64,000 nucleotides of DNA from Candidatus Acidiferrales bacterium (GTDB lineage: Bacteria; Pseudomonadota; Gammaproteobacteria; UBA5335). Below the pieces are notes generated by a model that saw nothing but the letters and a program-made list of their open reading frames with translations, made no database searches and was not told where the DNA came from. The position numbers and the translations under genes are program-made. The stretch spans positions 33,190 through 97,189 of the forward strand of contig DATLZY010000005.1 of NCBI GenBank assembly GCA_035573755.1, read 5' to 3'. Within the stretch, counting starts at the first letter, position 1; every line of letters begins with the position of its first letter. Shown here piece by piece: positions 23,001 to 33,321 of this stretch.

Positions 23001-23581
23001 GGAGAGTCCTCAACGCAAGGTCGCGCGCGCCGCCAGCCGCGCTCGGTGACCACACCATGGAGCGGAACGTCCCACGGCTGGGCATCCAGAGCCGGAACGC
23101 GCTGAAAGCCATAGGCGAGACCGATCAGTTTGGGTCGCAGCCCCGCCCGGCGGCGGGTGAAGGCAAAGCGGCGATCGTAGTAGCCGCTGCCCATGCCGAG
23201 GCGATTGCCGTGTGGATCGAATCCCACCAGCGGCAGGATGACGAGATCGATGCCGATCGGGGCGCGTACCACAGGGCCGCAGGGCTCTGGAATACCGAAG
23301 CGATTGCGCTGCAGGGCCAGGCCGGGCCGGTAGACCACGAAGTCCATGTGGAACGGCTTTTGCCGATGGAGTCGTGGCAGCACGATCGTTTTGCCCAGCC
23401 GATCGGCCAGCATGATCAAAGCACGGGGATCGACTTCGCCGTCTGTGGGGAGGTAAAGGGCAAGGGTGCGCGCTGCGCGCCAGGCCGGCAGGCGGACGAG
23501 GCGAGCGAGGATGCGCCGGTCCCATTGCCGGTGCAGCGCCACCGACAAGTCGCGCCGCTGTTTGCGCAAGCTGGCTCGCAT
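22997..23581 (-). CDS. ygfA: 5-formyltetrahydrofolate cyclo-ligase
   Basis: LRKQRRDL...ALYLPTDGEVD...GFDPHGNRLGMGSGYYDR motifs. Start taken at MRASLRKQRR. The ORF-track extension to 23806 runs through the 6S RNA gene. Confidence 0.85.
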   Translation of the reverse strand: MRASLRKQRRDLSVALHRQWDRRILARLVRLPAWRAARTLALYLPTDGEVDPRALIMLADRLGKTIVLPRLHRQKPFHMDFVVYRPGLALQRNRFGIPEPCGPVVRAPIGIDLVILPLVGFDPHGNRLGMGSGYYDRRFAFTRRRAGLRPKLIGLAYGFQRVPALDAQPWDVPLHGVVTERGWRRARPCVEDSP

Positions 23582-23651
23582 TTCGCGCCTTGGATCCTGG
23601 TGGCTAGCGCTGTTCAAGGTGCTTGGTGCGCGGGTGGAGAAGCTGGGCAGG

Positions 23652-23850
23652 AACGAGGACGCCTCCCGCCTGTGCCGTGGCAGCCCGTGACCTTGAACCA
23701 TAAGGTTCAAGTGGGCGGAACGATGAGGCCTGAAGGCTTTCCGCCGTGAAGCGGACCTGCACAAGGGCATCAAGGCGTTCGGCCCTGGGTTTGCGTTTAG
23801 GCTCAAGGGTACCCTGGGTAGCCCTCGAACACCGCAGGAGACGTCGCGGC
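23652..23850 (-). ncRNA. ssrS: 6S RNA
   Basis: The minus-strand transcript carries several blocks recalled from E. coli 6S RNA. These are GUUCG, CCCUUGAGCC, GAAAGCCUU, and the CACUUGAACCUUAUGGUUCAAGGUCAC hairpin (E. coli ACCUUGAACCAAGGGUUCAAGGGUUAC). The 5' GACGUCUCC pairs with the 3' GGAGGCGUC as a closing stem. Sits between zapA and the 5-FCL gene as in E. coli. Ends are approximate. Confidence 0.85.
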
Positions 23851-23886
23851 ACTAGTTTGGATGCGATCTTCTGCAGATGCAAGACA

Positions 23887-24198
23887 TCAGCAATCCGGGT
23901 CGTTCAGTACAAGCCGAATCTTTTCGCTCAGATCATTCAGGCATCGTTCGAGATCGGCTGATGCGGCTTCGGCTTGCTGACGCTGCAGGAGCTCCTGCGC
24001 AAGGTTGAGCGCTGTCATGACCAGCATGCGTTCCAGGCCCATGACTTTTCCGTTGGCGCGGATTTGTTGCATTTTCAGCTCGACCAGTTCCGCCGAGGCG
24101 AGCAGTAGCGGCCGCTCGGCAGCTGAACAGGAGACCTGATAGCTGCGGTCGAGTAGCTGGATGGTGACCGTGGTGCGCTCGATGGCCGGATCGCTCAT
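23887..24198 (-). CDS. zapA: cell division protein ZapA
   Basis: 103 aa, VTIQLLDRSYQVSCSAAERPLLLASAELVE...LVMTALNLAQEL. The ORF-track extension to 24642 is not supported. Confidence 0.88.
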   Translation of the reverse strand: MSDPAIERTTVTIQLLDRSYQVSCSAAERPLLLASAELVELKMQQIRANGKVMGLERMLVMTALNLAQELLQRQQAEAASADLERCLNDLSEKIRLVLNDPDC

Positions 24199-24407
24199 TC
24201 GGTGTCCCCTTCCATGGCTTTCAGGCGATTTACGATACCCTCCAGGCGACTGCAGGCCAGTTCGTTCTTTTGCAGCAACTGAGCGCGCTCGTTCATGAGC
24301 TGATCGAGACGGGCCCGGAGAGCAGCCCGTTCCCTGCGCAGGGTCTCGACTTGCTGGATCAGATCCAGCACCTCGGCGTGCAGACGATCGAAAGCTGCTT
24401 GGCTCAT
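24195..24407 (-). CDS. small coiled-coil protein (ZapB-like, of the type found upstream of zapA)
   Basis: 70-aa heptad-rich sequence. Its stop overlaps the zapA start by 4 nt. Confidence 0.65.
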   Translation of the reverse strand: MSQAAFDRLHAEVLDLIQQVETLRRERAALRARLDQLMNERAQLLQKNELACSRLEGIVNRLKAMEGDTE

Positions 24408-24506
24408 CTGGTGTCCCGAAGAAGAGCAATACCGGCCGAACGGTTAGACTATAGAGCGCTCCCGATGAGGGGGCAAACGGCCGGGCACGGTAGAGGAAGG
24501 CGCGAG

Positions 24507-25058
24507 ATGGGAAAGGCCTTGGATTACGCATCGTTGGCGGTTGCGCAGTCGTCATGCTCCGGGCTGTCGTCTCCGGCCGAGTGGCATGGTCAGATCTGTG
24601 GGCTGCTGTGCGCTCATAGATCGGTCGAGCCGCTCGACGCATACCTTCGTGCTTGGGCCCGCGACGCGGACGATAGGCTGGATGCGAGCCTCATGGCCAT
24701 GGTGCAGGCGATCGCGGAGCGTAGCCATGCAGCACTGAGTGGTATGGAATTCGATTTCGAACTGCTGCTGCCGGACGATTCAGTCGCACTGGATACGCGG
24801 GTCACGGCACTGGCCGAGTGGACGCAGGGATTTTTGGTCGGTGTCGTCGAGGCAGGAGCTACTTGGTCAACCGCCCCAGCGGTCGTGCGGGAGGTGATCG
24901 CGGATTTCGCCGAGATCGCGCGCCTGCGGGGCGGTGGGCTGGAAGATGAGGATGATGAGGGGGCGTATGCGGAGCTTGTCGAATACGTGCGCATGGGCGT
25001 GGTGCTGATCTATGGCGAAGCCCCGTTGCATGGCGATGCGGGAGGTCGCCGCCAATGA
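24507..25058 (+). CDS. ygfB: UPF0149 family protein YgfB
   Basis: AEWHGQICGLLC...ALAEWTQGFLVG...acidic C-terminus. Divergent from zapA and upstream of pepP as in E. coli. GAGGAAGG RBS. Confidence 0.8.
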   Translation: MGKALDYASLAVAQSSCSGLSSPAEWHGQICGLLCAHRSVEPLDAYLRAWARDADDRLDASLMAMVQAIAERSHAALSGMEFDFELLLPDDSVALDTRVTALAEWTQGFLVGVVEAGATWSTAPAVVREVIADFAEIARLRGGGLEDEDDEGAYAELVEYVRMGVVLIYGEAPLHGDAGGRRQ

Positions 25059-26353
25059 CGAAAGAAACGGCACGGCGTCGGCGGCGACTGATGCAGATCA
25101 TCGGTGAGCACGGCATCGCCATCTTGCCCGCGGCGGTGGAGCGGACGCGCAATCGCGATACCCACTATCCCTTTCGCCAAGATAGCGACTTTCTCTATCT
25201 GACGGCGTTCCCAGAGCCAGAAGCCGTGGCGGTGCTGATACCGGGCCGCCCGCAAGGCGAATACCTACTGTTCTGCCGTGAGCGCAACCCCGAGCGGGAG
25301 CAGTGGGACGGGCTGCGTGCGGGGCCGGAAGGCGCTGTCGAGCAATACGGTGCTGACGATGCCTTTCCGATCGATGACATCGATGACATCTTGCCTGGCC
25401 TCATGGAGGGACGCTCGCGCATCCACTACACGTTGGGACGGAATGCGGCATTTGATGAGCGAGTCATAGGTTGGGTGCAGCGCCTGCGGGAACAGTCCCG
25501 TTCCGGTGTCCGGGCGCCTTGGGAAATCGTTTCGCTGGAACACCATCTCCACGAGATGCGGCTGTTCAAGGGGCGCGCCGAGCTCGCCGTCATGCGTCAG
25601 GCCGCAGCGATCACCAGCGCTGCGCATCAGCGCGGCATGGCCCGCTGTCGGCCCGGCTGGCGCGAATACGCACTGGCGGCCGAATACAGCCATGAATTCA
25701 TGCGTCATGGCGCCGTGCATGCTTATCCACCCATCGTCGGCGGCGGCGGCAATGCCTGCATCCTCCACTATGTGGAAAACGCCGCGGTGCTCAAAAAGGG
25801 CGATCTGGTGCTGGTCGATGCCGGTGCCGAGCTCAACGGTTATGCCGCGGACGTCACGCGCACTTTTCCGGTCGATGGCCGGTTTAGCGGGCCGCAGCGC
25901 GAGATCTATGAAATGGTGCTGGCCGCTCAGGCCGCGGCCATCGCCACGGTTCGCCCCGGCGCCGACTGGAACGCCCCGCACGAGGCGGCGGTGCGCGTGC
26001 TCAGCGAGGGATTGCTCGATCTGGGCATTTTGCAGGGCACACTCGAGGACGTGCTGGTCGCGCAGAGCTACCGTCGCTATTACATGCATCGCACGGGTCA
26101 TTGGCTAGGACTGGATGTGCATGATGTCGGTGACTACAAGATCGACGGGCAGTGGCGCGTGCTGGAGCCGGGCATGGTGCTCACCGTCGAGCCCGGTCTT
26201 TACCTGCGCGCGGCCGAGGATCTCGATGAGCGCTTCTGGAACATCGGTGTGCGCATCGAGGATGACGTGGTCGTCACGCGCACGGGTTGCGAGGTGCTCA
26301 CCGACGGCGCTGCCAAGACGGTGGCCGATGTCGAGGCGGTGATGCGCTCATGA
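25055..26353 (+). CDS. pepP: Xaa-Pro aminopeptidase
   Basis: 432 aa with DSDFLYLTAF, HRTGHWLGLDVHD and the EPG...IRIEDD metal-ligand blocks. Confidence 0.92.
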   Translation: MTKETARRRRRLMQIIGEHGIAILPAAVERTRNRDTHYPFRQDSDFLYLTAFPEPEAVAVLIPGRPQGEYLLFCRERNPEREQWDGLRAGPEGAVEQYGADDAFPIDDIDDILPGLMEGRSRIHYTLGRNAAFDERVIGWVQRLREQSRSGVRAPWEIVSLEHHLHEMRLFKGRAELAVMRQAAAITSAAHQRGMARCRPGWREYALAAEYSHEFMRHGAVHAYPPIVGGGGNACILHYVENAAVLKKGDLVLVDAGAELNGYAADVTRTFPVDGRFSGPQREIYEMVLAAQAAAIATVRPGADWNAPHEAAVRVLSEGLLDLGILQGTLEDVLVAQSYRRYYMHRTGHWLGLDVHDVGDYKIDGQWRVLEPGMVLTVEPGLYLRAAEDLDERFWNIGVRIEDDVVVTRTGCEVLTDGAAKTVADVEAVMRS

Positions 26354-27603
26354 GCGTCCATGCGCTGCGCAGCGGTGGGCGCGCTGACCACGATGTGGTT
26401 CTGGTCGGAGCAGGCCTCGTCGGTGCCGCGCTGGCACTGGCGCTGGCGCCTCAGGGGTTGCGCATCGCATTGATCGAAGCCCAGCCACTGGGCCAGATGG
26501 AGCAGCCCGGCTACGATGAGCGCAGCACCGCGCTGTCCTTCGCCTCCGTGCAGATCCTGCGCTCCTTGGGGCTCTGGCCCGATTTGGCGCCATATGCCAG
26601 TCCCATCCGGCACATTCACGTGTCCCAGCAGGGCGGCTTTGGGGTCAGCCGTTTCGATGCGCGCGAGGTCGGTGTGGACGCGCTGGGGCAGGTGATCCCG
26701 AATCATCGCCTGATTGCCGCGCTGCTCGAGCGATTGCAGCGGCAGGATGGCCTGACCCTCCACGCGCCGACGCGGCTGGTGGCGGCGCATCAGGACGCCG
26801 AACGCATGCGGGTGCGCCTGGAGGGCCCGGACGGTCCATTCGAGCTCAGCAGCCGCCTGCTGGTCGCGGCAGATGGGGCCGAATCGCCGGTCCGCAACCT
26901 GCTCGGCATCGGCGTCACGCGCCGCGATTACGGCCAGAGCGCCATCATCGCGAACGTCACGCCGGCGATTGCGCCGGACGGTCGGGCGTTCGAGCGGTTT
27001 ACGCCTGAGGGGCCGATCGCCTTGCTGCCCTTGACCGATGCGCGCTGCGCTCTGGTGTGGACAGTCCCGGCCTTGGCGCAGCAATGGGCGCTGGAGCTGT
27101 CCGATAAGGTATTTCTGGGCGAGTTGGCGTCGCGTTTCGGACGCCGCCTGGGGCGCTTCGAACGGGTGGGGCGGCGTCAGGCCTATCCGCTGGCGCTGGT
27201 GCGGGCGCGCCGCATGGTGGAAGGCCGCACGGTGCTGCTCGGCAACGCGGCCCATGCCATCCATCCGGTGGCCGGACTGGGCTTCAACCTCGCCCTGCGG
27301 GAGGCAGCCGTGCTGGCCGAGCTGCTCGCGGCGGCTGAGGATCCGGGAGACCGTGACGTACTGGAAACCTTCGAACAACGCATCGAACGCTACCAGAATC
27401 AGATCATCGGTCTTTCCGACGCCTTGCCGCGGCTGTTTGGAGGTCGTTTTCCCGGCCTGAGCCATGCCCGCAGTCTGGGTCTCCTCGGACTGGATCTCGT
27501 GCCCGGCCTCAAGACGGGCTTCGTCCTACACACCATGGGGCTGGATCGCGACATGCCGGCACTGGCGCGGATGAGCAGCCTGGTCAGTGGAGGACGCCCA
27601 TGA
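26350..27603 (+). CDS. ubiH: 2-octaprenyl-6-methoxyphenol hydroxylase (FAD-dependent)
   Basis: DVVLVGAGLVGAALALAL dinucleotide fold, ADGAESPVR, GNAAHAIHPVAGLGFNL. ATGA overlap with pepP. pepP-ubiH-ubiI order. Confidence 0.85.
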   Translation: MSVHALRSGGRADHDVVLVGAGLVGAALALALAPQGLRIALIEAQPLGQMEQPGYDERSTALSFASVQILRSLGLWPDLAPYASPIRHIHVSQQGGFGVSRFDAREVGVDALGQVIPNHRLIAALLERLQRQDGLTLHAPTRLVAAHQDAERMRVRLEGPDGPFELSSRLLVAADGAESPVRNLLGIGVTRRDYGQSAIIANVTPAIAPDGRAFERFTPEGPIALLPLTDARCALVWTVPALAQQWALELSDKVFLGELASRFGRRLGRFERVGRRQAYPLALVRARRMVEGRTVLLGNAAHAIHPVAGLGFNLALREAAVLAELLAAAEDPGDRDVLETFEQRIERYQNQIIGLSDALPRLFGGRFPGLSHARSLGLLGLDLVPGLKTGFVLHTMGLDRDMPALARMSSLVSGGRP

Positions 27604-28802
27604 GCTCTGCGATCGAATGTTTCGATATCGTCATCGTGGGCGGTGGATTGGTGGGGACCCCGCTCGCCTGTGCGCTCGGTGAACTGGGGCTTGCGGTGGC
27701 GCTGGTCGAGGCGGCGGTACCGCCACCGCTGGCCACCGATGCACCGATGGACACTCGAGTCTCGGCTATTGCGCCGGGCAGCGAACACTGGCTGCGCATG
27801 CTCGGTATCTGGCAACGACTGGCGCCGCAGCGTCTGGGCGCCTATCGGCACATGCACGTCTGGGACCAAGGCGGCGTAATCGATTTCGATGCCGCGGCGG
27901 TGCCCGTCGATCACCTCGGGACCATCGTCGAGAATCGGCTGATCCAACAGGAGGCGTTGGCAACGCTAAAGGACCATCCAGGTGTTCGCCTGTTCGCACC
28001 GCAGCGTGCAGTGCGCATGGCTTGGGTGCGGGATGGTGTGCGGCTGACGCTGGCGGATGGGAGGATCCTCGAGGCGTCACTGGTGGTGGGCGCCGACGGC
28101 GCCGATTCGGCGATTCGCGCCATGGCCAGCATTCCGACTTTTGGCCATGACTACGATCAACTGGCGATCATGACGCTCATCGAAACCGAGCGGCCGCACC
28201 AGCACACCGCCTGGCAACGTTTCCTGCCGGACGGCCCTTTGGCCTTCCTGCCGCTTGCCGACGGACGCTGCGCCGTCGTCTGGTCGTGCACCACGGCCGT
28301 GGCGCGCAACTACCTCGAGGTGCCCGATGCCGTGTTTCTGCAGGCCCTCACGGACGGCAGTGAGCGTTGCCTGGGCGCGGCACTCGCCTGTGGTCCACGG
28401 GTGAGCTTCCCGCTCCGCTGGATGCACGCAGCGCGCTATACGGCGGAACGGGTCGCGCTGGTCGGTGATGCGGCCCACCTGATTCATCCGCTGGCCGGGC
28501 AGGGGGTGAACCTCGGCTATCGGGACGCCATCGCCTTGGTCGAGGCGATTCGCCTCGGGCGCGCACGGGGACGCGATGCAGGCGAGTCCTGGGTGCTGGC
28601 ACGTTACCAGCGGTTACGCCGCGCCGACAATTTGCTCACGGCCGCTGCCATGGATGGGTTCAAGGTTCTGTTCGGCAACGTCAATCCGGTTCTCTCCGGA
28701 CTGCGCAACGCAGGACTACTCGGCGTCGATCGACTGGGGTGGGCCAAGCGCGCGATCATGCGGCAGGCCATGGGTCTGGCATCTTTGCCTCCGCCAGCCT
28801 GA
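27600..28802 (+). CDS. ubiI: UbiH/UbiF/VisC(UbiI)-family FAD-dependent ubiquinone hydroxylase
   Basis: DIVIVGGGLVGTPLA, GADGADSAIR, GDAAHLIHPLAGQGVNLG. Its position after ubiH suggests ubiI (visC). Confidence 0.75.
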   Translation: MSSAIECFDIVIVGGGLVGTPLACALGELGLAVALVEAAVPPPLATDAPMDTRVSAIAPGSEHWLRMLGIWQRLAPQRLGAYRHMHVWDQGGVIDFDAAAVPVDHLGTIVENRLIQQEALATLKDHPGVRLFAPQRAVRMAWVRDGVRLTLADGRILEASLVVGADGADSAIRAMASIPTFGHDYDQLAIMTLIETERPHQHTAWQRFLPDGPLAFLPLADGRCAVVWSCTTAVARNYLEVPDAVFLQALTDGSERCLGAALACGPRVSFPLRWMHAARYTAERVALVGDAAHLIHPLAGQGVNLGYRDAIALVEAIRLGRARGRDAGESWVLARYQRLRRADNLLTAAAMDGFKVLFGNVNPVLSGLRNAGLLGVDRLGWAKRAIMRQAMGLASLPPPA

Positions 28803-28887
28803 AGACGTCCGCGGGAGAGCTCGTTGCAGTACCATTAGAGGGCTTTCCTCATGGCCGACGCCATTTCCCCAGTCTCAGGAGCCTTTG

Positions 28888-29991
28888 GTGAATCTGCGCA
28901 CTGCACTTTATGACTGCCATGTGGACGCGGGCGCGCGCATAGTGCCCTTTAGCGGCTGGGACATGCCGCTGCATTACGGCTCGCAGTTGCAGGAACATCA
29001 TCGGGTGCGCGCCGAGGCGGGGGTGTTCGACGTTTCGCACATGACCATCGTCGACCTTGAGGGGCCCGGCACGCAAGCCTTCCTCCGTCGCCTGCTGGCC
29101 AACGACGTGGCGCGGCTGAGTGCTCCCGGCGGCGCGCTGTACAGCTGCATGCTGAACGAGGCGGGCGGCATCCTGGACGATCTGATCGTCTATTTCCGCG
29201 GCGAGGCGCGTTATCGGCTGGTGGTCAATGCCGCGACCCGCGCCAGCGATCTCGCCTGGATCGAGACGCAACGGGATGCGCGTGCACCGGAGGTCGCGCT
29301 GACGCATCGGGTGGATCTGGCCATGCTGGCGCTGCAGGGACCCATGGCCGAGCGTGTGCTGGCGCAGGTGTACCCGGCGGCAACGCTGTCGGCCGTGCGC
29401 ACGCTGAAGGCGTTCCAGTTTGTGGAACGGCCGGAGGGCTTCATCGCCCGCACCGGCTACACCGGCGAGGATGGCTTCGAGATCATGCTGCCGGCGGCGT
29501 CGGCCCCCGCGCTTTGGCGCGCCCTCGTGGCGGCGGGCGCTGCGCCCTGCGGCTTGGGCGCGCGCGATACCTTGCGCCTCGAGGCCGGGCTGGCGCTCTA
29601 TGGAACCGATCTGGATGACGCGCACACGCCGGCCGAATGTGGACTTGGCTGGACTGTGGCGACGAGCCCCCGGGACCGGGACTTCATCGGCCGCGCGGCG
29701 CTCGCAGCCCGCACGCCTCGCTTCCGGCAGGTGGGTTTGGTGCTGCAGGGGCGCGGCGTGTTGCGCAATGGTCTTACCGTCCGTTTTGCCGACGGCGCCG
29801 AGGGCGCGATCACCAGCGGCGGCTTTTCGCCCACCCTGCAACGGGCCATTGCGCTCGCGCGCGTGCCACCCGCCGCAGCCGCACATCGCCAGTGCGAGGT
29901 GTTGCTGCGGGGTCAGCCGGTATCGGCGGCCGTGGTCAAGCCGCCTTTCGTGCGTCATGGTCAGTCCTGCGTCGCACTCGCTGCGCCATGA
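28888..29991 (+). CDS. gcvT: glycine cleavage system aminomethyltransferase T
   Basis: VNLRTALYDCHVDAGARIVPFSGWDMPLHYGSQLQEHHRVR. GTG start with AGGAG RBS. The ORF-track N-terminal extension overlaps ubiI. Confidence 0.92.
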   Translation: MNLRTALYDCHVDAGARIVPFSGWDMPLHYGSQLQEHHRVRAEAGVFDVSHMTIVDLEGPGTQAFLRRLLANDVARLSAPGGALYSCMLNEAGGILDDLIVYFRGEARYRLVVNAATRASDLAWIETQRDARAPEVALTHRVDLAMLALQGPMAERVLAQVYPAATLSAVRTLKAFQFVERPEGFIARTGYTGEDGFEIMLPAASAPALWRALVAAGAAPCGLGARDTLRLEAGLALYGTDLDDAHTPAECGLGWTVATSPRDRDFIGRAALAARTPRFRQVGLVLQGRGVLRNGLTVRFADGAEGAITSGGFSPTLQRAIALARVPPAAAAHRQCEVLLRGQPVSAAVVKPPFVRHGQSCVALAAP

Positions 29992-30024
29992 AGTTTTCGA
30001 TTCTTCCGAAGGAGTTTCCTTAAG

Positions 30025-30417
30025 ATGAGCCAGATTCCGGTCGATCTGAAATATGTGTCCACTCATGAATGGCTGCGCGCCGAACCGGACGGCTCCTTCA
30101 CGATCGGGATCACCGACCATGCGCAGGACGCGCTTGGCGATCTGGTGTTCGTCGAGCTGCCAGAGGTGGGACGGGATGTCGCCGCCGGCGAGGCGTGCGC
30201 CGTCGTGGAATCGGTCAAGGCCGCCTCCGATATCTATGCGCCGATCGCGGGTCGGATCAGCACCGTCAATACCACGCTCATCGATGCTCCCGAACAGGTG
30301 AACACAGACTGCTACGGAGCGGGCTGGCTGTTCCGTCTGACACCCGCAGGCGCTGCGGATACCGGCGAACTGCTCGATGCCGAGGCGTATCGCGCCCTGC
30401 TCGATCAGGGCGGCTGA
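30025..30417 (+). CDS. gcvH: glycine cleavage system H protein
   Basis: 130 aa with the lipoyl-lysine motif [13 protein letters not shown]. Confidence 0.95.
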   Translation: MSQIPVDLKYVSTHEWLRAEPDGSFTIGITDHAQDALGDLVFVELPEVGRDVAAGEACAVVESVKAASDIYAPIAGRISTVNTTLIDAPEQVNTDCYGAGWLFRLTPAGAADTGELLDAEAYRALLDQGG

Positions 30418-30432
30418 GGAGAGCGCGCCAAC

Positions 30433-31794
30433 ATGCCCTTCATTCCGCACACGCCTGAGGATGTGCAGGCCATGCTGGACGCCATCGGCGTCACGGACGT
30501 GACCGAGCTGTTCGACGAGATTCCACCGGCCCTGCGCTGGAGCCGCGTGGAAGGGGTGCCCCCCGGCGCCTCGGAAATGGCCATCGGCCGGCTCATGCGC
30601 GAGCGGGCGGCCAAGGACGGGAACGATCTGTGCTTTCTGGGTGCGGGCGCCTATGAGCATCATATTCCCGCGGCGGTGTGGGAGATCACCACCCGCGGAG
30701 AGTTTTACAGCGCCTACACACCCTATCAGGCCGAAGCCAGTCAGGGCACGCTGCAACTGATCTACGAATACCAGTCCATGATGACCGCGCTGATGGACAT
30801 GGACGTGTCCAACGCGTCGCTCTACGACGGTGCCTCGGCGCTGGCCGAAGCGGCGCTCATGGCGCTGCGCTTGCATCGGGGCGATGTGCGGCGCATCTGG
30901 ATGCCGGCGGCGGTTCATCCGCATTACCGCGAGACGGTGCGCACCATCGTCGAGGGGCAGGGGATCGCGCTGATCGAGGTGCCCTACGACCCGGTCACGG
31001 GGCAGACACAGGCCATGGCCCTGGATGACCTGCCGGATGCAGCGGCGCTGGTCATCCCGCAGCCCAATTTCTTCGGGCGGCTGGAGGAAGTCGATGCGCT
31101 GACCGATGCCGCCCGAGCGCGTGGGGCGCTGGTCATTGCCGTGGTCAACCCGCTGGCCATGGCGGTGCTCAAGCCGCCGGGTGCGTGGGGCGCGGCGGGC
31201 GGGGCCGACATCGCCTGCGGCGACGGCCAGCCATTGGGCATTCCGCTCGCGGGCGGTGGTCCTTACTACGGGTTTCTGTGTTGCCGCAGCGAGCATGTGC
31301 GCCAGATGCCCGGGCGCATCGTGGGGCGCACGGTCGATCGCGACGGTAAGACCGGCTACACCCTGACGCTACAGCCGCGCGAGCAGCACATCCGCCGCGC
31401 CAAGGCGACGTCCAACATCTGCACCAACCAGGGCTTGATGGTCACGGCCTCGACCATCCACATGGCCCTGCTCGGCGCCGAGGGGCTGGCACGGGCGGCG
31501 CTGTCCAGTCATGCGCGGGCCACTGCGCTGGCCGGTCAGCTGGCGGCCCTGCCCGGTGTTTCGCTGCGCTTTGCCGGTCCGTTTTTCCACGAGTTCGTGC
31601 TCACCCTACCGCGCCCCGTTGCTCCTGTGCTGGCGTCCCTGGCCGACGTCGGCATCCTGGGTGGCTACGATCTGTCCGCGGCTTACCCGGAGCTTGGCCA
31701 CGCCTTGCTGGTGTGTGCCACCGAAACCCGCACCGCAGCCGATCTGGCCCGTTATACCGCGACCCTGTCCTCGATCCTGGGAGATGACGCCTGA
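30433..31794 (+). CDS. gcvPA: glycine dehydrogenase (decarboxylating) subunit 1
   Basis: 453 aa, [14 protein letters not shown] motif. Split P-protein arrangement. Confidence 0.92.
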   Translation: MPFIPHTPEDVQAMLDAIGVTDVTELFDEIPPALRWSRVEGVPPGASEMAIGRLMRERAAKDGNDLCFLGAGAYEHHIPAAVWEITTRGEFYSAYTPYQAEASQGTLQLIYEYQSMMTALMDMDVSNASLYDGASALAEAALMALRLHRGDVRRIWMPAAVHPHYRETVRTIVEGQGIALIEVPYDPVTGQTQAMALDDLPDAAALVIPQPNFFGRLEEVDALTDAARARGALVIAVVNPLAMAVLKPPGAWGAAGGADIACGDGQPLGIPLAGGGPYYGFLCCRSEHVRQMPGRIVGRTVDRDGKTGYTLTLQPREQHIRRAKATSNICTNQGLMVTASTIHMALLGAEGLARAALSSHARATALAGQLAALPGVSLRFAGPFFHEFVLTLPRPVAPVLASLADVGILGGYDLSAAYPELGHALLVCATETRTAADLARYTATLSSILGDDA

Positions 31795-33299
31795 TGGAGA
31801 AAACCGAGGCGACATTGCGGGCGAGCGTGAGCCCGCCGCTGATCTTCGAGCAGAGCATGCCGGGCCGCCGGGCGTTGGCGCAGGCGCCGTCCGTGGCTGA
31901 ACCGTGGGAAGACCTGCCGGCGCATCTGCGTCGCGATGCGCCACCGGCGCTGCCCGAGGTTTCCGAGATGCAGGTGGTGCGGCACTACACGCGCCTGTCG
32001 CAGCGCAATTTTTCCATCGACACCCAGTTCTATCCGCTGGGTTCCTGCACCATGAAATACAATCCGCGGGCGTGTAACACGCTCGCCATGCTGCCCGGCT
32101 TCCTGAACCGCCATCCCTTGGCGCCGGCGGCGCGCAGCCAGGGCTTTCTGGCCTGCCTGCATGAGCTGCAGGAGATCCTGCAGGCGGTGACTGGCATGCA
32201 AGCGGTGTCGTTGACCCCCATGGCCGGCGCCCAGGGCGAGCTTGCCGGTATGGCCATGATCCGCGCCTATCATCGCGCCCGCGGCGATCTGGCGCGCACC
32301 GAGGTGCTGGTGCCCAACGCCGCCCACGGGACCAATCCCGCCACCGCCGTCATGTGCGGCTTTCAGGTGCGCGAAATTCCCACGGACGCCTCGGGTGACG
32401 TCGATTTCGCCGCGCTCGAGGCGGCGCTGGGGCCGCGCACGGCCGCCATCATGCTCACCAATCCCTCGACGCTCGGCGTTTTCGAGCGGCGCATCGGCGA
32501 GATCGCCGAATGCGTGCATGCCGCCGGCGGCCTGCTCTATTACGACGGCGCCAATCTGAACGCCATTCTGGGGCAGGTGCGGCCCGGCGACATGGGTTTC
32601 GACGTGGTCCATGTGAATCTGCACAAGACCTTCGCTACGCCCCACGGCGGCGGCGGACCAGGCGCCGGAGCGGTGGGCGTGGGCGAGCGGCTGCGGCCCT
32701 TCCTGCCCATCCCCTACGTGCTCAAAGAGGGCGAGCGCTACCGCTGGGCCGAGCGCGCCGATTGCCCGCAGAGCATCGGACGGCTGTCGGCTTTCATGGG
32801 CAATGCAGGGGTGCTGCTGCGCGCCTATGTCTATGCGCGGCTCTTGGGCGCCGAGGGCATGGCACGGGTAGGGGTCTACGCGACCTTGAGCGCCAACTAC
32901 CTGCTTGCCCGGCTGCGCGAGGTGGGCTTTGAACCCGCCTATCCCGAGCGTCGCGCCAGCCATGAGTTCACCCTCACGCTCAAGGGACTGACCGCCCGTA
33001 CCGGCGTCACAGCCCTGGATGTGGCCAAGCGTCTGCTCGATTACGACTTTCATGCGCCGACGGTCTATTTCCCGCAGCTGGTGCCCGAATGTCTGCTGAT
33101 CGAGCCCACGGAAACCGAGAGCAAGCAGGATCTGGATCGCTTCGTCGCTGCCATGGCCGCGATCCTGGCCGAGGCGCAGGAGGCGCCCGAGCGGTTGCGC
33201 GAAGCGCCGCATCACCTGCCGGTGCGGCGGCTCGATGAGGTGCGCGCGGCGCGCGAACCCGATTTGCGCTGGCAGGCACCTGCCGTTTCCCAGCCTTGA
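31794..33299 (+). CDS. gcvPB: glycine dehydrogenase (decarboxylating) subunit 2
   Basis: 501 aa, PLP-lysine region NLHKTFATPHGGGGPG. The start overlaps the gcvPA stop. Confidence 0.92.
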   Translation: MEKTEATLRASVSPPLIFEQSMPGRRALAQAPSVAEPWEDLPAHLRRDAPPALPEVSEMQVVRHYTRLSQRNFSIDTQFYPLGSCTMKYNPRACNTLAMLPGFLNRHPLAPAARSQGFLACLHELQEILQAVTGMQAVSLTPMAGAQGELAGMAMIRAYHRARGDLARTEVLVPNAAHGTNPATAVMCGFQVREIPTDASGDVDFAALEAALGPRTAAIMLTNPSTLGVFERRIGEIAECVHAAGGLLYYDGANLNAILGQVRPGDMGFDVVHVNLHKTFATPHGGGGPGAGAVGVGERLRPFLPIPYVLKEGERYRWAERADCPQSIGRLSAFMGNAGVLLRAYVYARLLGAEGMARVGVYATLSANYLLARLREVGFEPAYPERRASHEFTLTLKGLTARTGVTALDVAKRLLDYDFHAPTVYFPQLVPECLLIEPTETESKQDLDRFVAAMAAILAEAQEAPERLREAPHHLPVRRLDEVRAAREPDLRWQAPAVSQP

Positions 33300-33321
33300 A
33301 ACCGATTCATCAGGACTTTCC

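Noticed and set aside
28803-28887. Possible glycine riboswitch upstream of gcvT (a GGGAGAG-like start)
   Set aside because: Only 85 nt are available, and the conserved ACCGAAGGGGCAA-type core is absent. Not supported.
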